A stretch of 64,000 nucleotides of DNA from Salinivirgaceae bacterium (GTDB taxonomy: Bacteria; Bacteroidota; Bacteroidia; Bacteroidales; SZUA-534). The notes below the pieces were generated by a model. That model searched no databases, was not told where the DNA came from, and was given only the letters and a program-made list of their open reading frames with translations. The position numbers were made by a program, and so were the translations under genes. Each line of letters opens with the position of its first letter. Position 1 is the stretch's first letter. Positions 7,830 through 15,549 of this stretch are shown here, one piece after another. The stretch covers positions 5,637 to 69,636 of the forward strand of contig JAGCFC010000229.1 in NCBI GenBank assembly GCA_017650325.1. Reading direction: 5' to 3'.

Positions 7830-10800
7830 ATGAGTGAAGAGATTCTGAAAGCCTTAATGCAACTGTTTGCAATCATTGCAAAACAGGACGGAGGCGTAAA
7901 AGATAGCGAGATCGACTTTGTCGAGAATTTCCTTACTTCGCAATTGAGTTCCGACTTTGTTGAGGAGTATCTGGCATTATTCTACAAGCACGTAGGCATA
8001 AAGGATCGTAATTCACTTCATGAAAATTCGGAAGAAGAGGTCAAACTCACCTCGGTTAAGGACTCTGTTAAGATTCTTGGTATTTGCAAGAAAATCAACA
8101 AGACCCTTACCCAACAGCAGAAGGTGGTTGTTTTGGTCAGATTGTTCGAATTGGTGGCAGCCGACAGGCAGTTCACCGACCAGCGAATGGCCATTATCAA
8201 CACCGCAGCCGAAGTATTTAACATCTCGCCCGAAGAATTCAAAAGCACTGAAGATTTTTGTCGTAAAGAGACTGTCAAAGAACTTGACATTCCAAACATT
8301 CTTATCATCAACGACAAAGAACTTGAACTTGAACAAGCCAAGCACATCCAGATTGAGGAACTCGACAAAGAACTTGTCATTCTTCAGATTAAGAGCGTCG
8401 ACCTTTACTTTACGAAGTATCTGGGCTCACACGAGCTTGTGCTCAACGGTCTGCCGATAAAAGGCAACAAAATTTATCTGTTCGCCAACGGTAGCGCCAT
8501 CCGTTTCCCGAAAGGCAAACCGGTGTACTACAGCGATGTGGTGTCGAAATATCTGTCGGACATCACGTCGGCAAAAGTCACTTACAACGTCAACGATCTG
8601 GAATTCAAGTTCAAGAATGGTGCTATAGGTCTGAGAAACATCAACTTGTCGGAAGAGCAAGGACGCCTTGTAGGTATCATGGGCGCCAGTGGTGCGGGCA
8701 AAACCACACTGCTCAACGTACTTACCGGCAACGAACGTCCGTCGAAGGGCGAAGTGCTGATAAACGGAATCAATCTGCACACCGAAAAGGAGAAGATGGA
8801 GGGCGTTATCGGCTACATTCCGCAAGACGACCTTCTGATTGAAGAACTCACCGTTTACGAAAACCTTTATTTCAACGCCAAGTTGTGTTTCAAGGACATG
8901 ACGGAGGAAGAGATAAAGGAACGTTGCGAGAAAACACTCGCAAACCTTGGCCTGCTCGACAGGAAAGACCTGAAGGTAGGCTCGCCACTGCACAAGACTA
9001 TCAGTGGTGGTCAGCGCAAACGACTTAACATTGCGCTGGAACTTATCCGAGAACCGCCAATCCTGTTTGTCGATGAGCCGACATCGGGCTTGTCGTCACG
9101 CGACTCTGAGAACGTAATGGACTTACTCCGCGAGCTTGCAATGAAGGGCAAACTCGTATTTGTCGTAATCCACCAGCCATCATCGGAAATCTACAAGATG
9201 TTCGATAAGATGGTTATCCTCGACACTGGCGGATACCTTATATATTATGGTAACCCTGTTGATGCAGTAACCTACTTCAAAAAGATTGACGGCCAACTCA
9301 ACGCTGATGTCGGCGAATGCCCATCGTGCGGTAACGTTAATCCGGAGCTCATCTTTAATATTATTGATGCTCAGGTGGTTGACGAATTCGGTAAATACAC
9401 CAACAAACGAAAAGTCACACCGCCCGAATGGGAAAAGAAACGCGAGCAGAGCATCATCAGTCAAACCGACCCGAAATTTCTTGAGAAATACGCCGAAGAG
9501 CAGGCTCGAATTGCCAAAGGCGATGAAGATGCTCAGGAAAAAGCAAAAGCACTGGAGCGTCTCGACTTAAAATTCCATGAAAAATACATGGAATGCGTTG
9601 AAAAAATCAAACTCAAAGACATTCACGAAACTCCGCCAAAATCACTCGATATTCCAGGGTGGTTCCAGCAAGTTAAGATTTATTTCAAACGCGATTTTCT
9701 GGCAAAAATCAGCAACACTCAATATCTGGTTCTGAATATACTCGAGGCTCCGGCTTTGGGATTAATTCTTTCGTTCCTAATCAGATACATTGCCGACCCC
9801 AACTCGAATGTTTACATATTCCGAGAGAATGCGAACATTCCAATCTACATTTTCATGAGCTTGATTGTGGCAATGTTCCTTGGTTTGATGGTGAGCGGCG
9901 AGGAAATATTCAAAGACCAGAAGATTCTAAATCGCGAGAAATTCTTGAATCTTAGCCGCTCGACATACCTTGTGGCCAAGATTTCGATTTTGTTCATCAT
10001 ATCGGCCATTCAATCGATATTGTTTGTGCTGGTTGCCAATTCAATACTAAGCGTTAGAGGATTATGGTTTGAATACTGGTGGGCAATGTTTACCATAGCC
10101 ACATTCTCGAATCTGGTGGGTCTGATATTGTCATCGACATTCAACTCGGCGGTTACCATCTACATTATGATTCCGCTTGTGATGATTCCGCAGATGGCTT
10201 TGGGCGGCGCCATGTTCAGTTTCGACAAGTTAAACCGCGCTATAGGTAGCATCGAAGGTGTGCCGCCAATTTGCGAATTCATTGCAACCCGCTGGGTATA
10301 TGAAGGTTTGATGGTCCGTCAATTCAAAGACAATGAATACGAGAAGAAATTCTACGATATCGATAAAGAGGTAAGCGTTGGCGATTTCAAGTCGACACAA
10401 TATCTGCCAGAATTGGAAGACCGTGTTGAATATTGCGCTTCGACAAAATTCCAAGAACTTACGTCAAAAGAGGATATTGAAGACTACAAATGGAAACTGG
10501 CGCTGCTCAAAAACGAATTGTCGAAAGAGATGGTTCGCGTGCCGGACATTGAATTCAACTATTTGGAAGACCTTACTCCCGAGAGATTCACTCCAGAAGT
10601 TGGAATTAACACACAGGAGTATATCCAAAAACTGAATAACTACTATTCGGACATGTGTGAGAATGCCAAAAACAAGAAGAACGCCATTATCGACTATTGG
10701 AACGAGAAGAATCCCAACTCACACAACCGCCTCAAACAGGCCTACCAAAACGAGGCTGTTGACGACATTGTTTGGAAATCGCTCGAAAAGACACTTGTCA

Positions 10801-11105
10801 AATCGTACAAAGACCATTTGATTCAAATGACAAAACCGATTTACGAGACTCCGTGGGCAAACAACATTTTCGACTATCGCGCACAATTCTACTCACCAGT
10901 CAAGTTCTTCCTGGGCCACGAGTTCAACACCTTCTGGTTCAACATGTGGGTGGTATGGCTTATGACAGCATTCTGCTACGTGGCATTGTACTACGACTGG
11001 CTGAAACGTGCAATGGACTTCTTCCCTGAACTAATAGGAAATCTGAAGAAACGAATTGCGACTTTGTTCAGTAAAAAGGCGGCAAAACAAGCCGTAGAGA
11101 AATAG
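7830..11105 (+). CDS. ABCG-like fused ATPase-permease with N-terminal TerB-like domain and long C-terminal extension
   Basis: TerB-like helices (LFAIIAKQDGGVKDSEIDFVENFL; LFELVAADRQFTDQRMAII), Walker A GASGAGKTT, signature SGGQRKR, Walker B ILFVDEPTSGL, an ABC-2-type 6-TM region and a terminal TM helix FWFNMWVVWLMTAFCYVALYY. Confidence 0.85.
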   Translation: MSEEILKALMQLFAIIAKQDGGVKDSEIDFVENFLTSQLSSDFVEEYLALFYKHVGIKDRNSLHENSEEEVKLTSVKDSVKILGICKKINKTLTQQQKVVVLVRLFELVAADRQFTDQRMAIINTAAEVFNISPEEFKSTEDFCRKETVKELDIPNILIINDKELELEQAKHIQIEELDKELVILQIKSVDLYFTKYLGSHELVLNGLPIKGNKIYLFANGSAIRFPKGKPVYYSDVVSKYLSDITSAKVTYNVNDLEFKFKNGAIGLRNINLSEEQGRLVGIMGASGAGKTTLLNVLTGNERPSKGEVLINGINLHTEKEKMEGVIGYIPQDDLLIEELTVYENLYFNAKLCFKDMTEEEIKERCEKTLANLGLLDRKDLKVGSPLHKTISGGQRKRLNIALELIREPPILFVDEPTSGLSSRDSENVMDLLRELAMKGKLVFVVIHQPSSEIYKMFDKMVILDTGGYLIYYGNPVDAVTYFKKIDGQLNADVGECPSCGNVNPELIFNIIDAQVVDEFGKYTNKRKVTPPEWEKKREQSIISQTDPKFLEKYAEEQARIAKGDEDAQEKAKALERLDLKFHEKYMECVEKIKLKDIHETPPKSLDIPGWFQQVKIYFKRDFLAKISNTQYLVLNILEAPALGLILSFLIRYIADPNSNVYIFRENANIPIYIFMSLIVAMFLGLMVSGEEIFKDQKILNREKFLNLSRSTYLVAKISILFIISAIQSILFVLVANSILSVRGLWFEYWWAMFTIATFSNLVGLILSSTFNSAVTIYIMIPLVMIPQMALGGAMFSFDKLNRAIGSIEGVPPICEFIATRWVYEGLMVRQFKDNEYEKKFYDIDKEVSVGDFKSTQYLPELEDRVEYCASTKFQELTSKEDIEDYKWKLALLKNELSKEMVRVPDIEFNYLEDLTPERFTPEVGINTQEYIQKLNNYYSDMCENAKNKKNAIIDYWNEKNPNSHNRLKQAYQNEAVDDIVWKSLEKTLVKSYKDHLIQMTKPIYETPWANNIFDYRAQFYSPVKFFLGHEFNTFWFNMWVVWLMTAFCYVALYYDWLKRAMDFFPELIGNLKKRIATLFSKKAAKQAVEK

Positions 11106-11178
11106 AAAAAGATTAACTAAAAATTATATAACAGAATAGCAAAAAAGGATTACTTTTATCGCGTTAAAAATAATTTAC

Positions 11179-12099
11179 ATGAATAGAAGAATTTTTACAG
11201 CAATTGCAATACTTATTGCAAGCGGTTCGCTACTGATGACAAACTGTCAGAGTGATAACAAGGCTAAGAAAAACGACGACTTCACCATTCCTGATTCAAT
11301 CTTCAAAGACAAACCTTTGATGATTTCGAAGGAAGCCATGAATGATATTATTGATAATATGTCATCGCCGGTTGAGATGGCCGCTTTGATTAAATCGACA
11401 GGTGTGCCATTCAATCAGAAATTCCTTGCATCGACAAGTAAGGTCGACAATCTGGACACCGACTTCAAACAAGCTTTGAACCTCGGTATTTATGGCTGCG
11501 ACCTCGGTTACTTGAACATGTATGAGAAGACCGGCTCGATTATCAGCAGCATGCAGGCTATCAAGAAATTGTCGGACCAATTGCGAATCGGGCACTTCTT
11601 CGATTTCAACACAATCAAACGTTTGGCAACCAACAACGAGAACATCGACTCGCTGATGTATATTTCGGTATCGAGCTTCAACAACATGGACGAATATCTG
11701 CGCGAGCACAACCGCAGCGATATCAGCTCGTTGCTTGTGACCGGCATGTGGATTGAGGGCATGTATCTGGCTTGCCAGGTTGTAAAGGAGAAACCAAACG
11801 AGACTCTTCGCGAGCGCATTGGTGACTCAAAAATAGTGTTGAATGACCTTCTCCTGATTCTGAAGAACTACAAATCGAACTCAGCGTTCGCCAATCTGGT
11901 TAAGGAAATTGAGAAAATCAAGAAAGAATATGATAATGTAACCATAATCGTTAAATCAGGCGAACCGGAAATGATAGAGATTGACGGCATGCTGATGTTC
12001 CAATCTCACGACGAACAGATTGTAGACATTTCGGATGAGACATTGGCAAAAATCATTGCATCAATCGAAAACACACGTTCAATGATAATCAACCTGTAA
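11179..12099 (+). CDS. lipoprotein of unknown function (paralogue of 35321-36157)
   Basis: Signal peptide plus Cys (ASGSLLMTNC). Clear similarity to the 35321-36157 product: SPVEMAALIK..VPF..QALNLGIYGCDLGY / SLLVTGMWIEGMYLAC versus SPLEMFIRMK..VPF..QAVNMGVYASDMAY / CLVVAGAWIESLYLCL. Confidence 0.7.
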   Translation: MNRRIFTAIAILIASGSLLMTNCQSDNKAKKNDDFTIPDSIFKDKPLMISKEAMNDIIDNMSSPVEMAALIKSTGVPFNQKFLASTSKVDNLDTDFKQALNLGIYGCDLGYLNMYEKTGSIISSMQAIKKLSDQLRIGHFFDFNTIKRLATNNENIDSLMYISVSSFNNMDEYLREHNRSDISSLLVTGMWIEGMYLACQVVKEKPNETLRERIGDSKIVLNDLLLILKNYKSNSAFANLVKEIEKIKKEYDNVTIIVKSGEPEMIEIDGMLMFQSHDEQIVDISDETLAKIIASIENTRSMIINL

Positions 12100-12100
12100 T

Positions 12101-12523
12101 ATGAAACACGCTCTCATAATAATATCAACACTTCTGCTTTCGTTAACCTGCAATCATGCTCTTGCACAAAGTGATGATTTGGTGAATGTATGTGCATTAG
12201 GTATCGGGAACGCCACATATTTGAAAGACTTCAAAGTGAAGTTGCCGGCCAACACTACTACTCCGCAAAAGCTAAGCGTTATTCTTACCAAAGGCATGAT
12301 ATACAAATTTGTAGTATGCAACGCCGAAGGTTACGAAGGAAAAGCAGTAATACAATTGTCGGATGCTGGAAATACTCTTGTTTCGAACTTGAAAGCTGAC
12401 GGTTCGTTTGTTGAAGCGGTTGGTTTTTCATGCCAGAAAACAGGTATGTACAACATCTTCTGCTCATTCAAGAACAACAAGGAAGGTGCGGCTGTGATAA
12501 TAATGTCGTACATAACAAAATAA
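12101..12523 (+). CDS. small secreted protein of unknown function (distant paralogue of 34691-35308)
   Basis: Signal peptide (LLLSLTCNHALAQ). Starts 2 nt after the previous gene. Shares the LSVILTKGMIYKFVVCNAE pattern with LNVVLYSKQNYRLFVACEQ in 34691-35308. Confidence 0.6.
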   Translation: MKHALIIISTLLLSLTCNHALAQSDDLVNVCALGIGNATYLKDFKVKLPANTTTPQKLSVILTKGMIYKFVVCNAEGYEGKAVIQLSDAGNTLVSNLKADGSFVEAVGFSCQKTGMYNIFCSFKNNKEGAAVIIMSYITK

Positions 12524-12544
12524 GTGCATAAAACACTGACAAAT

Positions 12545-12572
12545 AAAAGGATGTCAAAAGCATCCTTTTTTT
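12545..12572 (+). terminator. rho-independent terminator closing the 1156-12523 operon
   Basis: AAAAGGATG-tcaaaag-CATCCTTTT stem-loop followed by a T-run. Confidence 0.75.
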
Positions 12573-12590
12573 GTTTAATCGAAAAGTAAA

Positions 12591-13178
12591 ATGGACATTA
12601 CCGGAATAAAACGGATTATTGAGGACTCGATTGCCACAAAACAAGCCATTGTTAGCGGACAAACATTGATGCAGACAGCAAGTAAAATTGCCGATGCCAT
12701 AACGCTATGCTACCGTAATGGCGGGAAAGTGCTGTTTTGCGGTAATGGTGGCAGTGCTGCCGATGCGCAACATTTGGCTGCCGAACTGTCCGGCCGGTTC
12801 TATTTCGACCGTCCCCCACTCGATGCCGAAGCGTTGCACGTGAACTCATCGTACGTGACTGCTGTTGCCAACGACTATACATACGATGAAATATACTCGC
12901 GCTATGTAAATGGCGTTGGTAAAAAAGGCGATGTGCTGATAGGCATTTCAACTTCGGGTAACTCCGAAAACATTTTGCGAGCTTTGAAAGTTGCCAAAAG
13001 CAAAGGCTTGGTAACTGTTGCAATGACAGGCGAATCGGGCGGCAAGATGAAAGATGTGGTTGATTATCTGCTTAATGTACCATCGACCGACACGCCGCGC
13101 ATTCAAGAGGCACATATAATGCTGGGGCACATTTTCTGCCAGATTGTTGAAGAAGATTTGTTTGGCAATCACAAGTAA
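12591..13178 (+). CDS. gmhA: D-sedoheptulose-7-phosphate isomerase (SIS domain)
   Basis: FCGNGGSAADAQHLAAEL, GISTSGNS and the overall GmhA length and pattern. Confidence 0.9.
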   Translation: MDITGIKRIIEDSIATKQAIVSGQTLMQTASKIADAITLCYRNGGKVLFCGNGGSAADAQHLAAELSGRFYFDRPPLDAEALHVNSSYVTAVANDYTYDEIYSRYVNGVGKKGDVLIGISTSGNSENILRALKVAKSKGLVTVAMTGESGGKMKDVVDYLLNVPSTDTPRIQEAHIMLGHIFCQIVEEDLFGNHK

Positions 13179-13204
13179 ATCAACACTAAACAACCCATAA
13201 TAGT

Positions 13205-13741
13205 ATGGACGAATTCTGCAAACTGAATCAAGGCTTCGATTCCGAAGCCATTAGAAATGCTATGGAATATGCGGCCGACTGCCACATTGGAACCAACCAG
13301 AAATACGACACCCACTCCTACACCATTCACCTAAAAATGGTGTACGACTTTGGTTGCAAATTTGCCCACCTACTCAACGCCGATGAGATTGACACCGCAC
13401 TTGCCGCCTGCTGGACTCACGACACCATTGAAGACACTCGTCAGACCTACAACGATGTGAAAAACCGTTGCGGTGAGGCTGTGGCCGAAGCTGTTTATGC
13501 CGTAACCAACGAGAAAGGCCGCACCCGCGCAGAGCGTGCCAACGACAAGTATTATAAAGGCATACGCGAAAATGAAGTTGCAACATTTGTGAAACTTTGC
13601 GACCGCTTGGCCAACGCCACCTACTCGCTCAATTGCAACCAAAGAATGCTCGATACCTACCGAAACGAGATGCCGCACTTCTGCCAAATGATTTTCAACG
13701 AGCGGTTTAAGCCGATGTTTGAAGAGTTGGAACGGATATAG
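13205..13741 (+). CDS. HD-domain hydrolase, (p)ppGpp-hydrolase-like (HDxxED)
   Basis: The motif ACWTHDTIEDT resembles the RelA/SpoT-type HD hydrolase motif. Confidence 0.6.
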   Translation: MDEFCKLNQGFDSEAIRNAMEYAADCHIGTNQKYDTHSYTIHLKMVYDFGCKFAHLLNADEIDTALAACWTHDTIEDTRQTYNDVKNRCGEAVAEAVYAVTNEKGRTRAERANDKYYKGIRENEVATFVKLCDRLANATYSLNCNQRMLDTYRNEMPHFCQMIFNERFKPMFEELERI

Positions 13742-13813
13742 CAACTGACTTACGCCAAATTTAGCACACAAAGGTAACGTGCGCCGACATGCGTAAAAAA
13801 CCAAACAATTTAT

Positions 13814-13821
13814 TATATTTG
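13814..13821 (+). promoter_or_regulatory. candidate -7 promoter box TATATTTG
   Basis: Perfect TAnnTTTG, 70 nt upstream of the ATG at 13891. Confidence 0.4.
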
Positions 13822-13890
13822 TACGATAACATTGTCAATAGGGAAATGCAAAATTTCGCCATATAATATTGAATATCAAAATATTACAAT

Positions 13891-13930
13891 ATGACCAAAA
13901 AAAAATCTTCTCAAAACCACAATCGCTGCA
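13891..13930 (+). other. ATG and lipoprotein signal-peptide start, out of frame with the gene body as sequenced
   Basis: ATG ACC then A9. With 8 A the reading becomes MTKKNLLKTTIAALAFIASFNSC-KEDEYEF..., in frame with 13931-15418. As sequenced, this frame stops at TGA 13969-13971. Confidence 0.7.
13897..13905 (+). repeat. homopolymeric A9 tract at codons 3-5 of the lipoprotein gene
   Basis: Counted directly: 13897-13905 are all A. Confidence 0.95.
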
Positions 13931-15418
13931 TTGGCATTTATAGCGTCGTTCAACTCATGCAAGGAAGATGAATATGAATTCAAACTGCCCGAAAAAACCA
14001 TTAAGGCTATAAAAGTAAAAAATGGTGCAGTAATTGAGGACACGTTAATAAAGGACTCATACCAACTTAGAGCTGGGTCTTCCGTTCACGATAACATATT
14101 TATAGGCACGTCCATTGATAATTTGGAGAGTTTGTATGAAAACTACAAGTTAAAGCCATATACAAAGTATTATTGGAAAATTGTTGTGACAGATGGCGAC
14201 AACAGTGCAGAAACAGATATTCTGAAATTTTATTGTGTACCGAAGTTCCCTGTTGAAGTTAAAAATGAGGACGAAGATGATTGGTCAGCAACAGTTAAAT
14301 GGAAGAAATACGAACAATTTGGCGACACGCGGATAACCTTAGTCCCTGACAGCGAATGCGATTACGACAAGGTCCCCCCTATTGCTGTTACCAAAGGAGA
14401 ATCGTTGTGCCGCATTTCAGCTGGACCACTTCAAACTCCCAAATATGCAATCTATCACCAATGGTGGGATGATTCGAAAAGACAGTACTACGAACCTGTT
14501 ATCTACGACTTTACAGTTAATGCCGATTGTGAGTTCGATGACACTGTAATAACCGCACAGTCTACCGCAAAAGGCATTTTTCTCAACAAAAGCGTAGCCG
14601 TGGCCGACAAGCAATACAATGTATATAAAATAGGAAAGATTGGCAACAGAGTGTGGATGCTTGAAGACCTGCGTGGAACATTGGATCTTTCAGGTTATGA
14701 CGATTATAACATATTTGATTTTAGACACCGGCAGTGGTGGGCTCCAGGTACCGGTTGTGCAACAGTAAAAAACAATTATGGTTTTAAAAGTGTTGTTTAC
14801 GCTATAAGTATGGCATTATTTTGTGAAGAGTTTAATGAATTAATACCAGAAGGATTTCATCTGGCCACAGATGACGATTGGAATGACATGGAAGCCAACT
14901 ATGGATTGTATAGGAATACTAAAGAAAGGCACTTGCTCAATGTTTCAAATCTAAGGAGTTATTTTCCTGATTATAATTTGGTGACAAAGTATGGTCCAAC
15001 AGAATTACGTGATTACCGATATTCTGAAGACACTACAATTTTTAAAGGCAAAGACTTGGATTTGCTAACCAAACTTATATCAAAGGAGGAATGGAAAAGC
15101 GCATATACCGGTGAAACAATAGCGGGTGCAGGTGTTTTTAATGCAAGACCTTTCGGGCTGTACAAGGCTTATATAGAAGAAAACTATGTTACCATAGGAG
15201 ACGAATTCAATACTAAAAACTTTGAAGAAGGCGGAATTGCCAAAAGCGAAGTGGCTGTATATTTAACTGCCGACACGGAACCAATATTGCGCGTATTGTG
15301 GTCAGGAAACAAAGGTATTGGCAGAGCAGAATATAATTATGACTATTGGGGCAACGAAATAAAAAACTCGAATATTTGGTCTTCAGAATATGTTCAAATT
15401 CGGTGTGTAAAAGATTGA
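13931..15418 (+). CDS. FISUMP-domain (Fibrobacter succinogenes major paralogous domain) lipoprotein body; native ATG and signal peptide frameshifted at the A9 tract
   Basis: NVYKIGKIGNRVWMLEDLRG, IPEGFHLATDDDWNDME and the C-terminal YVQIRCVKD are typical FISUMP signatures. The ORF-track start is a TTG inside the lipobox region. Confidence 0.75.
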   Translation: MAFIASFNSCKEDEYEFKLPEKTIKAIKVKNGAVIEDTLIKDSYQLRAGSSVHDNIFIGTSIDNLESLYENYKLKPYTKYYWKIVVTDGDNSAETDILKFYCVPKFPVEVKNEDEDDWSATVKWKKYEQFGDTRITLVPDSECDYDKVPPIAVTKGESLCRISAGPLQTPKYAIYHQWWDDSKRQYYEPVIYDFTVNADCEFDDTVITAQSTAKGIFLNKSVAVADKQYNVYKIGKIGNRVWMLEDLRGTLDLSGYDDYNIFDFRHRQWWAPGTGCATVKNNYGFKSVVYAISMALFCEEFNELIPEGFHLATDDDWNDMEANYGLYRNTKERHLLNVSNLRSYFPDYNLVTKYGPTELRDYRYSEDTTIFKGKDLDLLTKLISKEEWKSAYTGETIAGAGVFNARPFGLYKAYIEENYVTIGDEFNTKNFEEGGIAKSEVAVYLTADTEPILRVLWSGNKGIGRAEYNYDYWGNEIKNSNIWSSEYVQIRCVKD

Positions 15419-15549
15419 AATATATGGTCATGAAAAGATGATTTGTGTCTGAAAAACACAAATAAAACCGTAGCGGATTTTACGTCTTGCGATAACAAAA
15501 AATATGTATCTTCAATGCTTTAATGTACCATTGTGTTCATTGGCGCACT

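Noticed and set aside
8350-8620. Possible FHA-like phosphothreonine-binding domain in the ABC protein (ELVLNGLPIKGNKIYLFANGSAIRF).
   Set aside because: This is only a vague beta-strand resemblance, and I cannot see the conserved FHA Arg/Ser/His/Asn residues by eye. It is left as 'unassigned linker' pending an HMM or structure search.
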